A DNA stretch of 64,000 nucleotides, taken from Lysobacteraceae bacterium (GTDB lineage Bacteria; Pseudomonadota; Gammaproteobacteria; Xanthomonadales; Xanthomonadaceae). The notes under the pieces were generated by a model, which saw only the letters and a program-made list of their open reading frames with translations, had not been told where the DNA came from and ran no database searches. Numbering within the stretch: the stretch's first letter is position 1; every line of letters begins with the position of its first letter. This document shows positions 39,989-47,998 of this stretch, in pieces. The translations under genes were made by a program, and so were the position numbers. The DNA lies in NCBI GenBank assembly GCA_031415095.1, contig JANORD010000363.1, positions 1,557-65,556 on the forward strand, written 5' to 3'.

Positions 39989-40819
39989 ATGCGAGTCGTG
40001 TACAGCGAGGCAATGGTGGCTCCGGCCCAGGGCTATTCGCCCAGTGCCGCCAAGCCGGCGGCGGTGATGCAGGCCTGGCGGGAGCATTGGCCAAATCTGG
40101 TGCAGCGCGAGCCGGTGCCGGTGAGCCGCGACGACTTGGCGCTGGCGCACGACCGGGCCTACGTGGAGGGCGTGCTGGCCCTGCGCCGCCCCAATGGCTT
40201 CGGCACCTATGTGCGTGAGGTCGCCGATTCGCTGCTTTACACCACCGGCGCCCTGCTCGACGCCGCGCGCTGGGCGCTGGCCGAAGGTGGCGCCGTGGCC
40301 GCACCGGTGTCGGGCTTCCATCACGCCCGCTGGGGTTCGGGCGGCGGCTACTGCACCTTCAACGGGCTGATGGTGGCGGCGCTGGTGCTGCAGCGCGAAC
40401 GGCCCGGGCTGCGCATCGGCATCCTGGACTACGACTTCCACTACGGCGACGGCACCGACGACATCCTGGACAAGTTGGCGGCGCCGGATATCGTGCACGT
40501 CACCGCCGGCGAACGCTGGCATGAGCCCGGCCAGGCCATCGGCTTCCTCGAAAATATCGCCAGCGACCTGGCCGCGCTCCGGGGCTGCGACCTGGTGCTT
40601 TACCAAGCCGGCGCCGATCCGCACATCGACGATCCGCTGGGCGGCTTCCTCACTACGGCGCAGCTGGCCCAGCGCGACCGGCAGGTGTTCGCGGGGCTAC
40701 ATGCGCAGGGCATCCCCACCGCCTGGGACCTGGCCGGCGGCTACCAGCAGCCGCTTTCCAAGGTGATCGAGATCCATGTGAACAGTTTCCGCGAGAGCCT
40801 TCTACACCCTGCAATCTGA
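39989..40819 (+). CDS. Compact histone-deacetylase-family Zn amidohydrolase
   Basis: GFHHA, GYCTFN, DYDFHYGDGT, GADPHIDDPLG, AGGY; RBS AGGAGG. Confidence 0.92.
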   Translation: MRVVYSEAMVAPAQGYSPSAAKPAAVMQAWREHWPNLVQREPVPVSRDDLALAHDRAYVEGVLALRRPNGFGTYVREVADSLLYTTGALLDAARWALAEGGAVAAPVSGFHHARWGSGGGYCTFNGLMVAALVLQRERPGLRIGILDYDFHYGDGTDDILDKLAAPDIVHVTAGERWHEPGQAIGFLENIASDLAALRGCDLVLYQAGADPHIDDPLGGFLTTAQLAQRDRQVFAGLHAQGIPTAWDLAGGYQQPLSKVIEIHVNSFRESLLHPAI

Positions 40820-40930
40820 TCGCTTAGCCGCCGGCGCTTAGGCAGCCGGCAGCGGCTTGCGTCACAAGCTGCGTGCTATACGATTCGGCAGCAGTGCAGC
40901 CGCGCTGCCACGGCCGACCCGGGGCGCACC

Positions 40931-42082
40931 ATGACCACTCTTCTCCAAGCTTCAGCGGCCACACGCAGCCGCGCTGCTGGCCGTCTTTTTCAAGCCGCGG
41001 TGCTCTCATCCCTGCTCGTCTGCGGGCCGGCAATGGCCGACTCCGAACCCGACCTGCGCGCCACCGCACTGATCAGCGAACTGGGCCTGCAGGCCGGCAG
41101 CCAACCCACGCGCGACCTGCCGGGCTGGCAGCGGCCCACCAAAATCGTGGTGGCGCGCGCCAACGCCGAGCAGCTGGCGCAACTGCAGGCCAGCGTCCCC
41201 GGCGTGACGCTGGTGGCCGCGGCGCAGGGCGAGGCGCTGGCCGCGCAGCTGGCCGGCGCGCAGGCCACCATCGGCCTGTGTGATGCGGCCACCTTGGCCG
41301 CCGCGCCGCAGCTGCGCTGGATCCAGGCGCTCAGCGTGGGCGTCGAGAACTGCGTGGTGGTGCCGGGCTTGCTCGAGCGCGGCATCGTGCTCACCAACAT
41401 GCAGCGCACCAGCGGCCCGCCCATCGCCGAACATTCCATCGCCATGGCCATGGCCCTGGCGCGCGGGCTGCCGCAATTCAGCCGCCGCCAGGTGGCCGGG
41501 CAGTGGGACGAAACCAATCCGGGCATGCGCGAACTGGGCGGACGCACCCTGCTGGTGGTGGGCCTGGGCGGCATCGGCACCGAAGTGGCGCGCCGTGGCC
41601 ACGCGCTGGGCATGCGCGTCATCGCCGTGCGCAACTCCAGCCGCGAGGGCCCGGACTACGTGGAAAAAGTGGGGCTGCCGGGCGAGATGCTGGCGCTGGC
41701 CGCCGAAGCAGACGTCGTGGTGAATGCGGTGCCGCTCACGCCCGAGACCACGAACATCTTCAACCGCGCCTTCTTCGATGCGCTGCCGCGCGGCGCGTAT
41801 TTCATCAACGTCGGCCGCGGCCGCAGCGTGGTCACCGACGACCTGGTGGCGGCCCTGCAAAGCGGCCAGTTGGGCGGCGCCGGCCTGGACGTGACCGAGC
41901 CCGAGCCACTGCCGGCGGGCCACCCGCTGTGGGCGATGCCCAACGTGCTGATCACACCGCACGTGGCCGCCACCTCCGACACCCAGGGCGCGCGCTATTG
42001 GATCCTGATCGCGGAGAACCTGCGCCGTTACGCCGCCGGCGAGCCGCTGCTCAACGTGGTGGACATCAAGCGCGGCTACTGA
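40931..42082 (+). CDS. D-2-hydroxyacid dehydrogenase with apparent signal peptide
   Basis: GLGGIG, NVGRG, LDVTEPEP, TPHVA; N-terminal basic/hydrophobic/AMA segment. Confidence 0.88.
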   Translation: MTTLLQASAATRSRAAGRLFQAAVLSSLLVCGPAMADSEPDLRATALISELGLQAGSQPTRDLPGWQRPTKIVVARANAEQLAQLQASVPGVTLVAAAQGEALAAQLAGAQATIGLCDAATLAAAPQLRWIQALSVGVENCVVVPGLLERGIVLTNMQRTSGPPIAEHSIAMAMALARGLPQFSRRQVAGQWDETNPGMRELGGRTLLVVGLGGIGTEVARRGHALGMRVIAVRNSSREGPDYVEKVGLPGEMLALAAEADVVVNAVPLTPETTNIFNRAFFDALPRGAYFINVGRGRSVVTDDLVAALQSGQLGGAGLDVTEPEPLPAGHPLWAMPNVLITPHVAATSDTQGARYWILIAENLRRYAAGEPLLNVVDIKRGY

Positions 42083-42109
42083 GTCCTCGTATTCCAAAAA
42101 GGCAACCGC

Positions 42110-43438
42110 ATGAGCGAAGCCAGCACGCCCGCCAGCACCGACCGTCCCAGCGCGCTGCAGCAATTGCTCAGCGTGCGTCCGGACGAACGCACCCTGCTTG
42201 CCCTGTCGGCGCTGTTCTTCTTCCTGGTGATGGCGGGCTATTTCATCCTGCGACCCATCCGCGACCAGATGGGCTTGGCCGGCGGGGTGAAGAACCTGCC
42301 GTGGCTGTTCACCGGCACGCTGGTGGCGATGCTGGTGATCAGCCCGCTGTTTTCGCTGCTGGTGTCGCGCTGGCCGCGAAAGCGCTTCGTGGCCTTCAGC
42401 TACCGCACGCTGATGCTGTGCCTGCTGGGCTTCTACTTCGCGCTGGTGGCGCTGCCCGAGGCCAGCGGCGTGTGGGTGGGCCGCACGTTCTTCATCTGGG
42501 TGAGCGTATTCAACCTGTTCGCGGTGTCGGTGTTCTGGGCGGTGATGGCCGACGTGTTCAAGAGCGAGCAGTCGCGCCGGCTGTATGGCGTCATCGCCGC
42601 AGGCGGCAGCTTGGGCGCACTGGTGGGCGGCTTGATCACGTCGGGCCTGGTAGCCAGCATCGGTGCGCCGGCGCTGCTGCTGGTGTCGCTGGTGCTGCTG
42701 GAGCTGGCGCTGTGGTGCATGTTCGCCATCCACCGCCGCGTGGACCTGGCGCTGGCGCCGGAAGCGCGCACCGAGCCCGAGATCATCGGCGGCAGCGCTG
42801 CCGACGGATTCCGCCTGGCGGTGCGCTCGCCCTACCTGCTGGGCCTGTGCGGCTACATGTTGCTCTACACCATCGGCTCCACTTTCCTGTATTTCCTGCA
42901 GGCGCAAATCGTGGAGGCCACCATTGACGGCGATGCCGCGCAGACCGCCTATTTCGCCAGCGTGGATATCTGGGTGAACGGGCTCACGCTGTTCCTGCAG
43001 CTCTTCCTCACCGGCCGGCTGATGGCGCGCGTGGGCGTGGGGCTCACGCTGGCGGCGGTGCCGCTGGTGAGCATCGTCGGCTTCCTGGGCCTGGGCCTGG
43101 TGCCGGTGCTGGGCGCGGTGGTGGTGTTCACGGTGGCGCGCCGGGTCACTAATTTCGCGCTGTCGCGGCCGGCGCGCGAGGCGCTGTTCGTGCCGCTCAC
43201 GCGCAGCGAAAAGTACAAAGCCAAGAACCTCATCGACACTGTGGTGTACCGGGTGGGCGACCAGTTGGGCGCGTGGACCAACGGCGTGCTGCTCTGGCTG
43301 GGCCTGGGCATCGCCGGCATCGCCTACAGCGCGGTGCCGCTGGCGGCGCTGTGGCTGGGGCTGTCGCTGTGGCTGGGCGCGCGCTACCGGCGCCTGCAGG
43401 CCGGTGCGCCGGAGCGCACCGACCCACCCGCGCACTGA
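42110..43438 (+). CDS. NTT/TLC (ATP:ADP antiporter-like) MFS transporter
   Basis: YFILRPIRD, FFIWVSVFNLF...FW, RPAREALF, KYKAKNLIDTVVYRVGD. Confidence 0.85.
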   Translation: MSEASTPASTDRPSALQQLLSVRPDERTLLALSALFFFLVMAGYFILRPIRDQMGLAGGVKNLPWLFTGTLVAMLVISPLFSLLVSRWPRKRFVAFSYRTLMLCLLGFYFALVALPEASGVWVGRTFFIWVSVFNLFAVSVFWAVMADVFKSEQSRRLYGVIAAGGSLGALVGGLITSGLVASIGAPALLLVSLVLLELALWCMFAIHRRVDLALAPEARTEPEIIGGSAADGFRLAVRSPYLLGLCGYMLLYTIGSTFLYFLQAQIVEATIDGDAAQTAYFASVDIWVNGLTLFLQLFLTGRLMARVGVGLTLAAVPLVSIVGFLGLGLVPVLGAVVVFTVARRVTNFALSRPAREALFVPLTRSEKYKAKNLIDTVVYRVGDQLGAWTNGVLLWLGLGIAGIAYSAVPLAALWLGLSLWLGARYRRLQAGAPERTDPPAH

Positions 43439-43444
43439 CGGCCG

Positions 43445-43834
43445 CTACAGCGCAGGCAGCACGAAGGCGAACGTGGCGCCGGCCGCGGTGGCCAGTACAG
43501 CGAGCCACCACACCACCACGCTGAAGCGACGCAGCCGGGCACAGGTGCGCGCCAGCGCGGCGTCAGCCGGGCAAGGTAGCCGCCGTGCTTGCCACAGCAG
43601 CACGCCTGACAGCCCCAGCATCACGCCGGCCAATCCAAACACCAGGCCTTTTTGCTCGGACAGCCACACCAGCTGCGGCACCGCCGTGACCAGGCCGGCC
43701 AAGGCGGCGCCGGCGCCCAAGGTCACCATTACCGCCGGCAGCACGCAGCACACCAGGGTGCCGCCGGCCGCCGCCAGCGCCAGCAGGCTCACGCCGGCGT
43801 TGCGCTTGAGCGGTGCGATTCCAGGCTCAGTCAT
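43445..43834 (-). CDS. MerT/MerC-like metal transport membrane protein
   Basis: TM1 Cys pair LVCCVLP; loop PCPADAALARTC; 3-4 TM helices. Confidence 0.72.
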   Translation of the reverse strand: MTEPGIAPLKRNAGVSLLALAAAGGTLVCCVLPAVMVTLGAGAALAGLVTAVPQLVWLSEQKGLVFGLAGVMLGLSGVLLWQARRLPCPADAALARTCARLRRFSVVVWWLAVLATAAGATFAFVLPAL

Positions 43835-44159
43835 CGGTGGCCTCCGCGGTCTTGCGCAGCGTGTCGAGCGCCGCGTCGGTGCGGCGGATGGCTACGACCG
43901 TGTAACCCGCATCGGTGATGGCTTGAGTCAGCTCGGCATCGGCGATGTCGCTGCCATCCTTCAGCTGCACCGCCACCAGACGGGTTTCGAGGCTCACGAA
44001 GACGTCGGCCGTGGCCTCGAATCCCTTCATGGTTTTCTCGATACCTTGGGCGCAGAACGCGCACACCAGGCCGTTGACGTCCATCTCGATGGTCTTGGCG
44101 AAAGCGGCAGGTGCCAGCGCGAGCAGTGCCGTGAACAGCAGGGTCTTGAGGGTTTTCAT
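43827..44159 (-). CDS. Periplasmic heavy-metal-associated (HMA, MerP-like) protein
   Basis: Signal peptide ending AFA; VNGLVCAFC; ITDAGY. Confidence 0.88.
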   Translation of the reverse strand: MKTLKTLLFTALLALAPAAFAKTIEMDVNGLVCAFCAQGIEKTMKGFEATADVFVSLETRLVAVQLKDGSDIADAELTQAITDAGYTVVAIRRTDAALDTLRKTAEATDD

Positions 44160-44173
44160 TGGGTTTCTCCGAT

Positions 44174-44827
44174 TCAGAAGTTAAACATGGCCATGGCTTG
44201 GAAATTGCCGTCGGTGGTGGCGCCGAACTCGACCCAGGTGCTGCCCTTGAACAGGCGGACCAGCAGCGCGGTTTCGGTGCCGTCGTACAGGCCGCCGGTG
44301 TACTGGCGGCCCTGCACCAGGATCCAGGTGGCCAGGGTGTCGTAGTCGTGCTCGTAGGGTGCGATGCCCAGTTGCAGCGTGTCGATGCGGTGGGAGTAGT
44401 GGTCGCTTTCCTGCAGGTCCAGCCGCAGCGCGGAATAGACGCGACGCGTCTCGTAGTCCAGCTGCAGGCCTGCGTTGCGCGCCAGGGTGCTGCCGCTGAA
44501 ATCGCTGCCGGTGGCGCGGCCCAGGCCGCCCCAGACGAACACGTTGGCCTGTGCTCCCGGCATGTTCCAGCGTTTGGCGAGCAAGTTGGCGCGCACGGTG
44601 ACGATGTCGCGGCGCAGGTCGCCGCTTTCGTCCTTGAGCTCCAGCCAGCCGCCACCCGCCGACCACCAGTACTTGGGCGCGTAGAACGCCTGCACTTCGG
44701 CCATGTTGCCGCCGCCGTACTCGGCCATCACGGTGCTGCCGCGGGCGAAGGAAATAGGCTTGGCCGCGGCCGATGCGCTGGCTGCGCACAGCGCCAGGGC
44801 CAAGAGCCCAAGGGGAATCGCTTTCAT
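44174..44827 (-). CDS. Putative small outer-membrane beta-barrel
   Basis: Signal peptide, alternating amphipathic strands, C-terminal MFNF. Confidence 0.62.
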   Translation of the reverse strand: MKAIPLGLLALALCAASASAAAKPISFARGSTVMAEYGGGNMAEVQAFYAPKYWWSAGGGWLELKDESGDLRRDIVTVRANLLAKRWNMPGAQANVFVWGGLGRATGSDFSGSTLARNAGLQLDYETRRVYSALRLDLQESDHYSHRIDTLQLGIAPYEHDYDTLATWILVQGRQYTGGLYDGTETALLVRLFKGSTWVEFGATTDGNFQAMAMFNF

Positions 44828-44894
44828 GTGTCTGCTCCGTCAACGCCGCAATGCGGCGAGGCCCGCACGCGTGCGGGTGTTGGCTAACGCGGAG

Positions 44895-45248
44895 TCAGGC
44901 GATGGGTGGGCGTAGGGCAACACCAAGTTGTGCGGCGGCGTCAGGCACGGCCGTCGGGGCAGGCTGCAGACGCACTGGACCGGCCATAAAGAGCGGCGCC
45001 GACACGGCCACCATCAACGCCGGCGCCATGCGGCAGGCGCCGGGATCGCAGCTGGCGTCCGCGCAGCAGCCGCTGTCGCAGGCCTCATCGGTGGGCGGCA
45101 GCGGCGCGCCGTGGCAAGGCGGGTCCATCGCATCCGCCGCAGCGGCGGCCTGCGCCTGCGCCGACGGCATGGCCAACGCCGGCCCGGCCGCCAGCGTGAG
45201 CGCCAGCAGCAGGTTCAGGGCAAATCGCAGGGCGCTTGCGGTCGTCAT
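44895..45248 (-). CDS. CopL/DUF2946-like Cys-rich leader protein
   Basis: Hydrophobic N-terminus, PPCH, CDSGCCADASCDPGAC, C-terminal LRPPIA. Confidence 0.72.
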   Translation of the reverse strand: MTTASALRFALNLLLALTLAAGPALAMPSAQAQAAAAADAMDPPCHGAPLPPTDEACDSGCCADASCDPGACRMAPALMVAVSAPLFMAGPVRLQPAPTAVPDAAAQLGVALRPPIA

Positions 45249-45270
45249 CCGAGGCTAGGGTACACCCGCC

Positions 45271-45978
45271 TCAGGGTTGGGCGGTCACCGTCCTGGCATT
45301 GTCCAGTCCCTGGCGCAGGGCCTGGGCCCACGCGCGCGCCGCGATGCGTGCCTGCGTCACGTTGTCGATGCGGGTGGTGAACTGCGGATTCATGGACTCG
45401 CGGCCCACGCGCCGGTCGAAGGCGCGCATCAGCAGCTCGCCGCTGCTGGAGTCGCGCAGTTCAGCCACCAGGGTCATCTCGCCCACCGACGTGGTGTACA
45501 CGCGCACCCGGCCGGGGGCGCTCAAATCGGGGGCGTTGATGTTGAGGTTCACGATGTCCATCTGGACGGCCAGGACGTCCTCACCGGCGTCCTCCACCAG
45601 GGCGTAGCCGCCGCGCTCCAGCTCTTCGCGCACCACGGTTTCCACCAGCGTGGCCAGCTGGGCGCGGATGCGCTCGACGTCGGCGGCGCGCACCCGGATG
45701 CGGGTGCCGGTGGTGGCCCCACGCTCCCAGTTACGGCGGAACGCCACTGACACCGGCGCCAGCTGCACCTTGGTGAATCCCTCCAGGGTGGCCCCGGGGC
45801 GAACGAAGACGATATCCAGCCCACGCACCTGCCTGCGCTCCAAACCGTCCTGGGTGAACTCCGCGGTGGCCTGCCTGGCGCTGGTGGGCGGCGCGGCGGC
45901 GGGGGCGGTTTGTGCGGTGGCGGCTCCGGCAACAAGAGCCAATGCGGCGGCCAACGCAAGCAGTGGGGAATTTTTCAT
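45271..45978 (-). CDS. DUF3313-like exported protein
   Basis: Signal peptide, DGLE, INAPD, GEMTLVAELRDSSSGELL. Confidence 0.72.
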   Translation of the reverse strand: MKNSPLLALAAALALVAGAATAQTAPAAAPPTSARQATAEFTQDGLERRQVRGLDIVFVRPGATLEGFTKVQLAPVSVAFRRNWERGATTGTRIRVRAADVERIRAQLATLVETVVREELERGGYALVEDAGEDVLAVQMDIVNLNINAPDLSAPGRVRVYTTSVGEMTLVAELRDSSSGELLMRAFDRRVGRESMNPQFTTRIDNVTQARIAARAWAQALRQGLDNARTVTAQP

Positions 45979-46023
45979 GATGGCGGTCCTAGGTGCAGGT
46001 CTGGGAGATCGGAGGTGTCGGAT

Positions 46024-47073
46024 TCAAGGTGCCGGGGCCTCCACGGTGTAGCCAAGCTTTTCCAATTCCACAAGATAGCCCTTTTCACCAACCACCCGCG
46101 CCATGGACAGCACGGCGAAACTCTCGGCGTGGGTCGCCAGCGCTTTCTGCGCGGCGTCCATCCAGGCGGCCTGCACCCGCGCCGGGAGGTCGCTGAAGCC
46201 GCTGCGCTTGGCCAGGCTGGTCCCCAGCAGGGCGTCGGTGCAGGCCTGGCTGTTGTCGGTGTAAGGCAGCTCGCGCAGCATCGCTACTTCGCCCTGGGCC
46301 CAGGCATTCGCGCGCGTGGCGAGGGTGTCGAGGTCGTTTTCCACTTGGTCGAGCGTCTTTCGGAAGCAGTCGAGGTCGTCCACCGGGCTGGCGGCGAACT
46401 CCTTCACGGCGGCCTTGGCGTCTTCCACCACCAGCGCCACCGAGGGCGTTTCCATGGGCACGTCGTGCTGCTTGGCGGACTTCTTCACCACGCGCACCAC
46501 CACGTCGCGCCACGACAGGTCGTGCTTATCGAATGCGGCCTCGCGCAGCTCCATGGCGGCCAGCATGGGACGTCGCTTTTCGAGGCCGTCGTCGCGCGGC
46601 AGGTAACGCGCGCGCAGGGCCTGCCAGCGGGCGTAGTCGGCGGGCGGCAGCACCTGCTGCAGGCGCTCCTTGTCCGGGTTGTTGCGCGCGCGCAGCAGTC
46701 TGGGCACCAGGAAAATACCGCCCAGCGCGGCGCCCTTCGCCGCCACCTGCACCGTCGGCGGCATCAGCACTACGCCCGAGGCGGCGATCTTGGCCTCCAC
46801 TTCCGCTGAATTCCACTCCATGCGCTTGGGCAAGGGCGCCACCGTGCCCAGCACCCACAGCACGCGGCCATCGCGCGACACTTTCCAAAGGCCAGGTCCG
46901 GGCTGCACGCCGCTCACCACCATCGTCTCCAGCACCTGCAGGCCGGTGTCATTGACGAACGCCTCCTCGGGCGGCTCCGGCTCGGGTGCCTGCGCGCTGG
47001 CCGCAGCGCAGGCCAACAGGGCGACGCAGGCCCACGCGGGGTAACGCAGCAGGGCGGGCCAACGGTGGCTCAT
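46024..47073 (-). CDS. TraB/GumN family protein
   Basis: VVSGVQPGPGLWKV, LWVLGT, RANAWAQG. Confidence 0.82.
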   Translation of the reverse strand: MSHRWPALLRYPAWACVALLACAAASAQAPEPEPPEEAFVNDTGLQVLETMVVSGVQPGPGLWKVSRDGRVLWVLGTVAPLPKRMEWNSAEVEAKIAASGVVLMPPTVQVAAKGAALGGIFLVPRLLRARNNPDKERLQQVLPPADYARWQALRARYLPRDDGLEKRRPMLAAMELREAAFDKHDLSWRDVVVRVVKKSAKQHDVPMETPSVALVVEDAKAAVKEFAASPVDDLDCFRKTLDQVENDLDTLATRANAWAQGEVAMLRELPYTDNSQACTDALLGTSLAKRSGFSDLPARVQAAWMDAAQKALATHAESFAVLSMARVVGEKGYLVELEKLGYTVEAPAP

Positions 47074-47184
47074 CGGGATACTCGCGCAGGGCGACCGCAG
47101 GCTGCGGCCAGAGCCGAACTTACCGCGCTGGAGTTTCCTTCACCGCTGCCGAAAGTCAGGGCGGTCAGGTGCCGGTCAGGCAGC

Positions 47185-47964
47185 TCAGCTGCTGCGGCGA
47201 GCCTGCTGGATCAACTGGGCGATGTGGGTGTCGCCTTTTTCCAGCAGCTCCACCGGTGTGAACTGGAAGCCAGTGAGCACCATCGCCTCGCCCACGCACC
47301 ACTCGCGCTGCTCGCGCGTGAAGGTGGCCGCGCCGACGGCGGCGGCGGCCAGCAACTCAGCGCTGGGCACGGTGTCCTGCGGCTCGGGTGCGCGTGGGGT
47401 CGCCGGGCCGGCGTTCGCGACCGCGGCTTTTTCGGCGGCGGCCTTCAACCAATGCACACGTGCCAAGGCCACGGCCAACCGGTCGCCGCCGTCCTTGAGG
47501 CTGGGCACGGCGGTGGCGAGAGCGCCCAGCAGGGCGTCGCGCTCCAGCGTGACGGCCTGCAGTGCGGCGCTCTGCGCCACCTGCGCATCCTGCTGGCTGG
47601 CGACCTGCTGCTCCAGCTGCACGATCTCGGTGGCCGGATCCACCAGGGTCTTGGCCGCCAGCAAGCGCATCACTTTTTCGCCGAGCCGGGTGTAGATGGC
47701 GGGGTCGCTGAACTTGAGGTCGCGCGAGGCGGTTTGCCACGCCAGGGCCACCTGGCTGACGGTCTGGGACCGCTCCGGCGGCGCGCCCGGGGCCGCCTCG
47801 TTCACCGGCGCGGCGCCGGGCGCGGCGGCCGGCGCGAGGTTGGCGTTGGCGACGGCCTGGATGGCCAAATCAAGGCGGTCGCAGAGCTCGGTCTTCTGGA
47901 AGTCGCGCGCCAGCTTGCGCAACTCGATGCGGCAGACGATGAGCAGGGCGCGCAGATCTTTCAT
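47185..47964 (-). CDS. Hypothetical alpha-helical protein
   Basis: Clean ORF with host-like codon bias; no family recognised. Confidence 0.65.
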   Translation of the reverse strand: MKDLRALLIVCRIELRKLARDFQKTELCDRLDLAIQAVANANLAPAAAPGAAPVNEAAPGAPPERSQTVSQVALAWQTASRDLKFSDPAIYTRLGEKVMRLLAAKTLVDPATEIVQLEQQVASQQDAQVAQSAALQAVTLERDALLGALATAVPSLKDGGDRLAVALARVHWLKAAAEKAAVANAGPATPRAPEPQDTVPSAELLAAAAVGAATFTREQREWCVGEAMVLTGFQFTPVELLEKGDTHIAQLIQQARRSS

Positions 47965-47998
47965 GCCGCCATTCTATGCCCGGCGGCGGGCGCGGCGC

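Larger units (their letters stand above)
32932..40819. mobile_element. Degraded tRNA-anchored genomic island (right boundary uncertain)
   Basis: Begins at the tRNA 3' end; AT-richer genes, gene remnants, TA genes, direct repeat; no integrase seen. Confidence 0.6.

Noticed and set aside
32932-40900. Integron cassettes, prophage or retron in the island
   Set aside because: No integrase, phage genes or reverse transcriptase; no convincing RYYYAAC...GTTRRRY attC pairs
43445-44159. Mercury-resistance (mer) operon
   Set aside because: No merR or merA, and the HMA motif is GLVCAFC rather than MerP GMTCAAC
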